A stretch of DNA of 64,000 bases from an uncultured Actinomycetes bacterium (GTDB lineage Bacteria; Actinomycetota; Acidimicrobiia; IMCC26256; PALSA-610). The position numbers and the translations under genes were made by a program. The stretch covers positions 4,395,034 through 4,459,033 of the forward strand of contig OY970315.1 of assembly GCA_963716525.1 (NCBI GenBank), in the 5' to 3' direction. Under the pieces are notes generated by a model. That model made no database searches. It was not told the origin of the DNA and saw nothing but the letters and a program-made list of their open reading frames with translations. This document shows, piece by piece, positions 54,246 to 62,108 of this stretch (position 1 is the first letter of the stretch; the number at the start of each line of letters is the position of its first letter).

Positions 54246-56129
54246 GTGGGAACGCGATCGCGGCCGCCAGGCCCGGCTGCGATGCCCGATCTCTTCGTTG
54301 CCGCGCCCGACGGCGTCGTGGTCGTCAGCGAGGACGGCACCATCACCGCGGTCAACCGGCTGCTCGAGGACATGTTCGGCTACGCCCCGGGCGAGCTCGT
54401 CGGCGAGCCGTTGACCACCCTCATGCCCGAGCGCTTCCGCGCGCGCCACCTCGGGCACCGCAAGGGCTACTTCAAGGCACCGACGCGACGCCCGATGGGC
54501 GCCACGCTCAGCCTGTCCGGTCGCCGGCGCAACGGCGAGGAGTTCCCCGTCGACATCAGCCTCAACTACGAGCGCGGCGCCGACGGCTCGCTGCAGGCCA
54601 TCGCGTTCGTGCGCGATATCACCGAACGGCGCCGCCTCGAACACGACCTGCGCACCACCGAGGAGAACTTCCGCTTGCTCGTCGAGGGCATCGGCGACCA
54701 TGCCCTCCTCATGCTCGACCCCTCCGGCCACGTCGTCACGTGGAACCCGGGCGCCGAGCGCATCAAGGGCTGGACCGCCGACGAGATCATCGGGCGCCAT
54801 TTCTCGGTGTTCTACACGCCGGAATCCACCGCGTCCGGCCAGCCCATGCGCGACCTCGAACGCGCGGCCGCCGAAGGACGGTCCGAGGACGCCGGCTGGC
54901 GCATACGCGGCGACGGCCGCCGCTTCTGGGCCGAGACGACACTGTCGGCGGTACGCGACGCACATGGTGTGCTGCGGGGCTTCGCCAAGGCCACGCGTGA
55001 CCGCACCGAGAGCCATCAGACCCGGGCACGTCTGGAGGCTCTCAGCGAGCTCAACCGGGCCGCGCTCGAGCAGCGGCCGGAGGACGAGCTGCTGATGCTC
55101 GTTGTGTCGCGTGTGCGCGCGATGGTCGACGCCACGCTCGTGGCCGCGTGGTCGGCCGCCGGAGTCGACGGACGTCTGGAGGCCGTGCACGCCGAAGGTG
55201 ACGGCGCGGCCCCGCTCACCGGCACCGAGGCGTCCGAGGACTCGCTCCTGGCGACGGCCGCGCGTACGGCACGATGCGAGGTCGTGCCCGATGTGGCGGT
55301 GGAGAGTGGCCTCCCTCCCGCGCTGCGCGACATCGGCATCGCTTCGGCAGTGTTCGCACCGCTCGCGGCCGCCGGCGAGACGTTCGCGGTGATCGGCGTG
55401 ATGCGCACGAGGGGCCGCGAACCCTTCCAGCCCCACGAGATCGATCTGCTCCAGGCGTTCGCGATGCAGGCCGCCTTGTCGTTCGCGCTTGCCCGGGCGC
55501 GCCGCGAGGTCGAGCAGCTCCACATCATCTCGGATCGCGAACGCATCGCCCGCGACCTCCACGACTCGGTCATCCAGCGCCTCTTCGCCGTCGGCCTCGC
55601 CCTCGAGGCGACCGCGCGGCGCCCCACTGCGGAGGCCCAGGAACGCATCCAGCGCGCGGTCTCCGACATCGACGACACGATCCGTGCGATCCGTTCGGTG
55701 ATCTTCAGCCTCGAAGCGCGCGAGGAGACGCGTCAGGGTCTGCGTGCTCGCGTGCTCCACGTCGTCAGCGACGCAGCACCCACACTGGGCTTCGAGCCGT
55801 CGGTCACGTTCAGCGGTCCGGTCGACACCCTGGCCGGCGACCACCTCACCGGCGAGCTCGTCGCCGTGGTGCGCGAGGCACTCGCCAACGTCGCTCGCCA
55901 CGCGCACGCCTCGAGCGTCGCGGTCACGGTGACCGCCGGCGACGACATGCACCTGGTCGTCGATGACGACGGGACCGGCGCCGAGCAGTTCCACCGCGAA
56001 GGTGGCCACGGCATCGCGAACGTCACCGAACGCGCCCGCCAGCTCGGCGGCGACGCGTCGATCTCGTCGGTGACGCCGCACGGCACCCGCGTCGATTGGC
56101 GCGTGCCGCTCACCGACGCCGCGCGCTGA
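54246..56129 (+). CDS. PAS-PAS-GAF sensor histidine kinase of the HisKA_3 (NarL-partner, DevS/DosS-like core) type
   Basis: Track ORF (GTG 54246; an alternative ATG lies at 54282). It has two PAS modules (..GVVVVSEDGTITAVN.., ..ALLMLDPSGHVVTWNPGAERIKGW..), a GAF-like region, the H-box ERERIARDLHDSVIQRLFAVGL and the ATPase motif ..EALANVARHA... Confidence 0.85.
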   Translation: MGTRSRPPGPAAMPDLFVAAPDGVVVVSEDGTITAVNRLLEDMFGYAPGELVGEPLTTLMPERFRARHLGHRKGYFKAPTRRPMGATLSLSGRRRNGEEFPVDISLNYERGADGSLQAIAFVRDITERRRLEHDLRTTEENFRLLVEGIGDHALLMLDPSGHVVTWNPGAERIKGWTADEIIGRHFSVFYTPESTASGQPMRDLERAAAEGRSEDAGWRIRGDGRRFWAETTLSAVRDAHGVLRGFAKATRDRTESHQTRARLEALSELNRAALEQRPEDELLMLVVSRVRAMVDATLVAAWSAAGVDGRLEAVHAEGDGAAPLTGTEASEDSLLATAARTARCEVVPDVAVESGLPPALRDIGIASAVFAPLAAAGETFAVIGVMRTRGREPFQPHEIDLLQAFAMQAALSFALARARREVEQLHIISDRERIARDLHDSVIQRLFAVGLALEATARRPTAEAQERIQRAVSDIDDTIRAIRSVIFSLEAREETRQGLRARVLHVVSDAAPTLGFEPSVTFSGPVDTLAGDHLTGELVAVVREALANVARHAHASSVAVTVTAGDDMHLVVDDDGTGAEQFHREGGHGIANVTERARQLGGDASISSVTPHGTRVDWRVPLTDAAR

Positions 56130-56159
56130 CGCCGTCTCTTCAGGGCGGCCCGGCGCCAA

Positions 56160-56360
56160 TCAGGCCCTCGCGGCGGCGAGCGCGGTGACGACGGGCCCTT
56201 GCGCACAGGGCCAGAAGTCCTCGATCACGCACCGGCTGGCGGTGCCGCCGAAGTCCGTGACCAGACAGGTCGCTTGGTCCCTGCGCGCTTGGGACCATGA
56301 GCCCTGGGGCAGGACATCCCCCGCGCCGTTCAATGAGCAGGTCACGTCGATTCCGAACAT
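56160..56360 (-). CDS. candidate small Cys-containing protein (66 aa), function unknown
   Basis: Track ORF MFGIDVTCSLNGAGDVLPQGSWSQARRDQATCLVTDFGGTASRCVIEDFWPCAQGPVVTALAAARA. By hand count GC1 is about 62 %, GC2 about 59 % and GC3 about 86 %. That is coding-like periodicity, but there is no SD and the ATG lies only 15 nt from the divergent gene start. Confidence 0.4.
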   Translation of the reverse strand: MFGIDVTCSLNGAGDVLPQGSWSQARRDQATCLVTDFGGTASRCVIEDFWPCAQGPVVTALAAARA

Positions 56361-56375
56361 CAGAGAGGAAACCCA

Positions 56376-56996
56376 ATGTCCACTGGAACCTTGGCCGGAT
56401 ACTCAGGGGCCCGGACCGAAGCAAAGGTGAAGGTGCACAGCTTCCGCAGCTGGATGTCGAGCGTACCGACGCTCGTCATCATCGGCTCGGTGCTGTTCAT
56501 CGTGCTCACCGTGGGCGGCGGGCTGCTCTTCTGGGGCTCCAACTTCTCGTCGAACATGGTCCACGACCAGCTGGCCGCGCAGCACATCGTCTTCCCGCCG
56601 AAGGGCTCGGACGCGCTGAAGCCGAGCGAGTTCCCCGGCCTGCAGCAGTACGCCGGCCAGACGGTCGACAGCGGTCCGAAGGCCAAGGCCTACGCGAACC
56701 AGTTCATCAACACGCACCTCGCCGGCATCGGCGGCGGCAAGACGTACTCCGAGCTCAGCAGCCAGTCGATGGCCAACCCGAAGGACACCAAGCTGGCCGC
56801 CACGGTCCAGACGATGTTCCGCGGTGAGACGCTCCGCGGCCTGCTGCTCTACGCATGGGGCTGGTCGGTCGTCGGAATGATCGCCTACTGGGTCGGCATC
56901 GCCGCACTGCTCGGTGCGTTCGCCATCCTCGTCGGCTTGGCGATGGGCTACATGGTCCACCGCCGGCACATGCAGGCAGAGGCTGCGGCCGCCTGA
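56376..56996 (+). CDS. hypothetical membrane protein (N- and C-terminal TM helices, large external domain)
   Basis: Track ORF of 206 aa. The RBS AGAGAGGAA is present and a terminator hairpin follows. Confidence 0.7.
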   Translation: MSTGTLAGYSGARTEAKVKVHSFRSWMSSVPTLVIIGSVLFIVLTVGGGLLFWGSNFSSNMVHDQLAAQHIVFPPKGSDALKPSEFPGLQQYAGQTVDSGPKAKAYANQFINTHLAGIGGGKTYSELSSQSMANPKDTKLAATVQTMFRGETLRGLLLYAWGWSVVGMIAYWVGIAALLGAFAILVGLAMGYMVHRRHMQAEAAAA

Positions 56997-57024
56997 CGGC
57001 GACCGTCATCCCCGATTCCGAGCG

Positions 57025-57049
57025 GAGCCCCGGGTGCGTCCCGGGGCTC
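57025..57049 (+). terminator. intrinsic terminator hairpin
   Basis: GAGCCCCGGG-TGCGT-CCCGGGGCTC forms a perfect 10-bp stem followed by TCCTCGTTGGTCGTT. It starts 29 nt after the stop of 56376..56996. Confidence 0.6.
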
Positions 57050-57064
57050 TCCTCGTTGGTCGTT

Positions 57065-57089
57065 GGCTCCGCCTGCGAACGTCGGAGCC
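57065..57089 (-). terminator. hairpin after the convergent membrane-protein gene
   Basis: GGCTCCG-N11-CGGAGCC lies 11 nt beyond the stop of 57100..57744. Confidence 0.35.
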
Positions 57090-57099
57090 GGAGCGGGCG

Positions 57100-57744
57100 C
57101 TAGCGCTGCACGGCGACCGTGGCCGAGCGCGCGTCGATGCCCTTGTGGTTGTCGCTGTGCCAGCTCCGCACACTCGACTGGATGAGCACGCCTCCCGCCA
57201 CACCGAGCGCCACCGCGAACGCGAGCACACCGCGCCGCACGCCGGCTCGCCGCAATGGCGCGGCACGCGTCCAGTCGAGCGGCGCGATGCGCACGGTCTC
57301 GATGACGTGACCGAGCACGTGCACAGTCATCGCTCCGAACCAGAGGATGAACGAGGCCTTGTGCACGGTGTACCACCCGCCGCGCTGACCCTGCACGATC
57401 AGCACCACGCCCGACGCGAGCACGACGATCGTGAGCAACGACACGAACGGACCGAGGATGCGCAGGATCGGGTGGGGCGGACCCTTGCGCACGAAAGCGG
57501 GATCGCCGCGGTAGTACGCGACGAAACGGCGGCTCGTCGACACGAGCTTCACTACCACGATCGGAATCAACATCACGCCGAGGAACGCGTGCCACGAGAG
57601 CAGACTTTGCACGGAGAGGATCGTGACGCCCTCCGCGGCGAGGATCCCGAGCAACACCGCGCCGGTCGCCGCGGTGAGTCGGGTGTTGCCTTCGACACGC
57701 GGATCATCGAGCGCCGTTTCGGTCCTGGTTGCCGTCATGTCCAC
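57100..57744 (-). CDS. hypothetical polytopic membrane protein (His-containing helices)
   Basis: Track ORF of 214 aa with five to six predicted TM helices. No family was recognised with confidence. Confidence 0.65.
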   Translation of the reverse strand: MDMTATRTETALDDPRVEGNTRLTAATGAVLLGILAAEGVTILSVQSLLSWHAFLGVMLIPIVVVKLVSTSRRFVAYYRGDPAFVRKGPPHPILRILGPFVSLLTIVVLASGVVLIVQGQRGGWYTVHKASFILWFGAMTVHVLGHVIETVRIAPLDWTRAAPLRRAGVRRGVLAFAVALGVAGGVLIQSSVRSWHSDNHKGIDARSATVAVQR

Positions 57745-57836
57745 CTGTCTCGCACTTCCGTTGTTCCTTCGACGATACGTGCATCATCGGCATGCGCGAC
57801 GCACTCTGCAACGGCGACGAAGTCTCGACAGGAAGC

Positions 57837-57854
57837 GGCAAAACGCCGGCAAAA
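57837..57854 (-). promoter_or_regulatory. GGCAAAA-N4-GGCAAAA (TTTTGCC-N4-TTTTGCC on the minus strand), 11-bp phase
   Basis: Exact heptamers lie at 57837-57843 and 57848-57854. They sit in the 260-bp divergent intergenic region between 57744 (-) and the ApbE operon (+). Confidence 0.45.
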
Positions 57855-58093
57855 CCGGATCGGCGGCCCCGCCAAGGTCGCTCCAAGGGTTCGCTGAGAC
57901 TCCGGGCCGATACTGACGGAGTCCGAGCCGAGAACGGACGGGCATACGCGGGAGGACCCTGGGGAAGCGGTCTTCTTCACGCACCACGATCACAACGACG
58001 GAACCATGACCAGCCACCGAAGGATCCGGGCGAGGAACGCAGGCCTCGACAAGGTGCGACGCGTCCACGACGCGCGTCGCCGGCGGAGGGCTC

Positions 58094-58417
58094 GTGCTCT
58101 CGGGCGGCATCGCCGCACTGGCCTCGGCCACGTACGGCGGCACTGCGCATCACCGCGTCATCACGTACGCGCCGGTTCGCGCACTGGGCCCGGCGGCACC
58201 GAGCGGCACGGCACCGCTCACCGACCCGACGTTGCCGCCCACAACCATCGCACCCGCGCCGACGAGCAGCGGCACACGCGCCACCACACCCACGACGAGC
58301 GCGCCGGTGTACACCACTCCGAGCACCGTTGCGCCGCTCCAGTCGCCGCAGTACACGCCCCAGACGCAGCCGACGTACCAGTACACGCCGCCGGTCGTCG
58401 TCTCCGGCGGATCGTGA
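58094..58417 (+). CDS. Pro/Thr-rich hypothetical protein (probably exported or membrane-tethered)
   Basis: Track ORF. GTG 58094 has a GGAGG 4 nt upstream. There is a GTGA overlap with apbE. A basic segment from ATG 58006 lies in another frame (MTSHRRIRARN..), so the true 5' end is uncertain. Confidence 0.45.
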   Translation: MLSGGIAALASATYGGTAHHRVITYAPVRALGPAAPSGTAPLTDPTLPPTTIAPAPTSSGTRATTPTTSAPVYTTPSTVAPLQSPQYTPQTQPTYQYTPPVVVSGGS

Positions 58418-59351
58418 GCGGGCCGGCGCGCATCGAGTTCCGGGCGCTCGGCACCGGGTGTGCCGTGACGACAGCCGATCCATCCGCGCTGGCGTCCGCC
58501 GAGCGTGCGGTCTCCGTCGAGTTGGCGGCCGTCGACGCCGCGTGCAGCCGCTTCCGCTCCGACTCCGACCTCGAACGGGTCAACGCCAACGCAGGCCAAG
58601 ACGTGCGCGTGAGCGGGTGCCTGCTCGACGCGCTCGACGTGGCCTCGCGGGCCGCCGTCCTCAGCGGCGGCGATCTCGACCCCACGATCGGCAGCGCGCT
58701 CGTCGCGCTCGGCTACGACCGCGACTTCGCTGCGATCGGAGAAGGCGCAGCGGGGCGCGTCCATGTGCAGCGTGTGCGCGGCTGGCAGTCGATCACGGTG
58801 GATCGGGCACGCGGCACGGTGTCGGTGCCCGCCGGGATCCGCATCGATCTCGGCGCCACGGCAAAGGCCTGGGCCGCCGACCGCGCGGCCGAGCTGCGGC
58901 GCAGGACGCCGGCTGCGGGGTGCTCGTGAGCCTCGGTGGCGACATCGCAGTGGCTGGTGCCGCACCGCGGGGCGGCTGGGTCGTCGCGCTCGCCGACCGC
59001 CACGATGCGGCGGTTTCGGACAGCACACCCACGGTGGCGATCCATGACGGCGGTCTCGCCACGTCGTCGACCGCCGCGCGCCGCTGGCAGCTGGGCGACG
59101 TCGCGGTGCACCACATCCTCGACCCACGCACCGGTCTGCCGGCCCACGAGCACTGGCGCACCGTGTCCGTCGCGGCATCGAGTGCGGTCGACGCAAACAT
59201 CGCGTCGACGACGTGCATCATCCGCGGCGCCGCCGCGCTCGACTGGCTCGCCGAGATAGGCCTTCCGGCCCGGCTCGTCGACGGCCATGGCGCGGTCACC
59301 GCCGTCAACGGTTGGCCAACCGACCGCGCGAGCGCGATGGTGCACCCGTGA
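58414..59351 (+). pseudogene. apbE: FAD:protein FMN transferase (ApbE family) with one frame break
   Basis: GTG 58414 starts ..IEFRALGTGCAVTT.. ..DLDPTIGSALVALGYDRDF.. ..IDLGATAKAWAADRAAE in ORF 58006..58929. The remainder (..GVLVSLGGDIAV.. ..HHILDPRTGLP.. ..DANIASTTCII) lies in ORF 57729..59351. The switch falls at about 58888-58900. Confidence 0.8.
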
Positions 59352-60448
59352 TCGCCGCGCAGGGCGGCAAGGCGCTGTGGTACGCGACGCGCGGCACCGG
59401 CGTCGTGGCGCTCATCCTGCTCACGGCCTCCGTGGTGCTCGGCATCGTCACGAGCATCCGGCTCGAGACGCGCGAATGGCCGCGCTACGTGATCGAACTC
59501 GTGCACAAGAACGTGTCGCTGCTCGTGGTGGTGTTCCTCGGACTCCATGTGCTCACGACGGTGCTCGACGGCTACGTCCCCATCCACTATCTCGACGCGA
59601 TCATCCCGTTCCGATCCCCGTACCGCACATTCTGGCTCGGGCTCGGAGCGGTGGCGTGCGACCTGCTGCTCGCGCTCGTCATCACCAGCCTGTTGCGTGT
59701 CCGGCTCGGTTACCGGTCGTGGCGATTCGTGCACTGGTTCGCGTACATCTGCTGGCCGATCGCGCTCGTGCACGGGCTCGGCACCGGCACCGACGCCCGC
59801 TACGGATGGTCGGTGCTGCTCGACGTCGTGATGCTCGCGGCGGTTGCCGCGGCCGTGGCATGGCGGGTCGTGCTCGACCGCGACCGTGTGCAGCCCTACG
59901 GCTGGGGCGCGGTCGGGCTCGCGCCCGTCGTGGTGATCGCGATCGTGCTGTGGGCGCTCGCCGGACCGTTGCGTCCGGGTTGGGCACGCACGACGGCGCG
60001 CACCACCACCACCAGCGTGGCCCCGATCACCGCGAGGACCACCGCGAACCGCGCGCGCGCAGCCAGCACCACACCGACCGAGGCGAAGGGCTTTCGCGGT
60101 GAGCTGCACGCCGCCCGTGTCGTGGGGCCGACCTCCGCCGACGGGCGGCGCGTCATCTCCATCCGCGGCACGGTGCACTCCTCTCCTGCGCTCGCGCTCG
60201 ATGTCGAGCTACACGGGCTCGCGTCGGGCCCGGGACTGGTGCTCGACTTCGGCGACGTCACGCTCGGACCGGCGGGCGCGCAACAGCGCTGGAGCGGCCA
60301 CGTCACGAGTCTCGTCGGCACGCGCGTCACCGCGACGCTGGCCGATCACGCCGGCACGCACCTCGACGTGGCGATGACGCTGCGCATCGACCGCGCGATC
60401 GGATCGGTCGGGGGCCTGGTCACGGGCCGGCCTGGAGGTGGAACATGA
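59348..60448 (+). CDS. ferric-reductase-like (YedZ/MsrQ-type di-heme) transmembrane protein with an uncharacterised C-terminal domain
   Basis: GTG 59348 forms a GTGA overlap with apbE. There are six TM helices with paired His residues (HKNVSLLVVVFLGLH and HWFAYICWPIALVH), then a Thr/Arg-rich linker and a beta-rich domain of about 130 aa. Confidence 0.7.
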   Translation: MIAAQGGKALWYATRGTGVVALILLTASVVLGIVTSIRLETREWPRYVIELVHKNVSLLVVVFLGLHVLTTVLDGYVPIHYLDAIIPFRSPYRTFWLGLGAVACDLLLALVITSLLRVRLGYRSWRFVHWFAYICWPIALVHGLGTGTDARYGWSVLLDVVMLAAVAAAVAWRVVLDRDRVQPYGWGAVGLAPVVVIAIVLWALAGPLRPGWARTTARTTTTSVAPITARTTANRARAASTTPTEAKGFRGELHAARVVGPTSADGRRVISIRGTVHSSPALALDVELHGLASGPGLVLDFGDVTLGPAGAQQRWSGHVTSLVGTRVTATLADHAGTHLDVAMTLRIDRAIGSVGGLVTGRPGGGT

Positions 60449-61992
60449 CGGAGGCGCTCATGACGGGCACGCAGGCCGTCGAAGGCCCGTCGGGCCCGCG
60501 GCGACTCTTCGCGCTCATTGGCGGGGACGGACCCACGAGCCTGGTCGAACACCGCCGCCACTACCCCGCGCCCGGCGCACATCATGTCCACGCCCGCTCG
60601 CTCGTCACGCTCGCCGAACGCGCCGGGCTGCGCGGTCGCGGCGGTGCCGGCTTCCCGACGGGCACGAAGATGCGCGCCGTTGCCGCGCGCCGGCGCCGGC
60701 CGATCGTGGTGGTCAACGGCACCGAGGGTGAGCCGCTCAGCCGCAAGGACGTGACGCTGATGCAGTGGCAGCCCCACCTCGTGCTCGACGGCGCGGAGCT
60801 CGCCGCCGCGGCGGTCGGTGCCGACACGATCAAGCTCTGCATCGAACGCAACCAGACGAAGACCATCGCGGCAATGGAGCGCGCGCTCGCCGAACGGGCG
60901 CGGCTCGGTCCGCCGGGACCGGAGATCTCGCTGTTCGCGAGCCCGCCGCGCTATGTCGCCGGCGAAGAAACCGCGCTCGTGCACTGGCTGAACGGTGGCG
61001 ACGCACGCCCCACCGCAACGCCGCCGCGGCCGTTCGAGCGCGGAGTCGCCGGCCGCCCGACGCTCGTCGACAACGTCGAGACGCTCGCACACTTCGCGCA
61101 GATCGCCGCCTTCGGCGACACATGGTTCCGTCGCCTCGGCACACCGGACGAACCGGGCACCGCGCTGCTGTCGGTGACCGGTGCGGTCGACGGCCCCGCC
61201 GTGTACGAGACTCCGATCGGCACCCGTCTCGCCACCGTGATCGACCGCGCCCGGCCCACACACGGTGTCGGCGCGGTGCTCGTGGGTGGCTACTTCGGGG
61301 GCTGGCTCGACCCGGTGACGGCGGCGACGGTGCGCGTGTGCGACGAGGATCTCCGGCCCGCGGGTTGCGGCCTCGGTTGCGGCGCGGTGGCGGTGCTCCC
61401 CGCCGGCGGCTGCGGTGTGCTGGAGTCGGCGCGCATCCTCGGTTGGATGGCCGCCGAGACCGCCGGTCAGTGCGGCCCGTGCGTGCACGGCCTCGCCGCC
61501 GTCGCGGGCACGTGGCGTGCCGTCGCGGAAGGCCGCGCCGGCCCCGAGCAGGTCGCGCAGCTCGAACGGTGGGCGGGCCAGATCGAGGGCCGCGGCGCCT
61601 GCAAGTTCCCCGACGGCGCGATGCGCTTCCTCCGCAGCGCGCTGCGCGTGTTCGGCAACGACCTCGAGCGGCACGCGCGCCGCGACCGTGTCTCGGCGCC
61701 CGCCAGCCACCGCTGTTGCCCGTGCCGCGGACCCAGGACGTGTGGCGCTGAACGTGGAGAAGATGGGCACCACATGAGCCAGCGGATGACCGTCGACATG
61801 ATCATGTGCGCGGGACACGGCGTGTGCGCCGACCTGTTCCCGGAGCGCATCACACTCGACGACTGGGGCTACCCCATCGTCGATCCCGCGCCGATCGGCC
61901 GCGACATCATGGCCCATGCCCGGCGTGCGGTGGAGGCCTGCCCCACCCTCGCGCTGCGGCTCGAGAAGATCGAGCACCGCGCCAAGCGCTGA
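60445..61992 (+). CDS. NuoF-like (NADH dehydrogenase 51-kDa subunit family: FMN/NADH site, SLBB, 4Fe-4S) protein read through into a small 3Fe/4Fe-4S ferredoxin
   Basis: ATG 60445 forms an ATGA overlap with the preceding gene. GLRGRGGAGFPTGTKM, NGTEGEP and ETAGQCGPCVHG are present. The ferredoxin module starts at ATG 61774 (MSQRMTVDMIMCAGHGVCADLF...EACPTLA) in the same frame with no intervening stop. See the finding on this junction. Confidence 0.75.
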   Translation: MTEALMTGTQAVEGPSGPRRLFALIGGDGPTSLVEHRRHYPAPGAHHVHARSLVTLAERAGLRGRGGAGFPTGTKMRAVAARRRRPIVVVNGTEGEPLSRKDVTLMQWQPHLVLDGAELAAAAVGADTIKLCIERNQTKTIAAMERALAERARLGPPGPEISLFASPPRYVAGEETALVHWLNGGDARPTATPPRPFERGVAGRPTLVDNVETLAHFAQIAAFGDTWFRRLGTPDEPGTALLSVTGAVDGPAVYETPIGTRLATVIDRARPTHGVGAVLVGGYFGGWLDPVTAATVRVCDEDLRPAGCGLGCGAVAVLPAGGCGVLESARILGWMAAETAGQCGPCVHGLAAVAGTWRAVAEGRAGPEQVAQLERWAGQIEGRGACKFPDGAMRFLRSALRVFGNDLERHARRDRVSAPASHRCCPCRGPRTCGAERGEDGHHMSQRMTVDMIMCAGHGVCADLFPERITLDDWGYPIVDPAPIGRDIMAHARRAVEACPTLALRLEKIEHRAKR

Positions 61993-62072
61993 CGTGCGCA
62001 TCGCGAGCGGCTCAGTGCGTCAGGGCGGCCGCGTGAGCACGCCGGGAAGGCCTGGAATTTCGGGCACGCCTC

Positions 62073-62101
62073 TTGACATACGTACGCATGTTCGCTATCA
62101 T
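62073..62101 (+). promoter_or_regulatory. near-consensus sigma-70-type promoter: TTGACA, 17-nt spacer, TATCAT
   Basis: The -35 element is at 62073-62078 and the -10 element at 62096-62101. The first plausible ATG (62109) lies 7 nt after the -10 element, implying a leaderless transcript. Confidence 0.55.
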
Positions 62102-62108
62102 GGTGTTC

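Noticed and set aside
54096-56159. 687-aa track ORF on the minus strand.
   Set aside because: It lies antisense to the PAS-PAS-GAF histidine kinase, whose motifs are unambiguous. It is a shadow ORF.
56276-56296. GGTCCC-N9-GGGACC inverted repeat, considered as a DevR-box relative.
   Set aside because: The half sites are everted relative to the DevR box and the spacing is wrong. It also lies inside the candidate 66-codon ORF, so it may simply be coding sequence.
60346-62001. 551-aa track ORF on the minus strand.
   Set aside because: It lies antisense to the NuoF-like/ferredoxin genes. Its Arg/Ala/Gly-rich translation carries no motifs.
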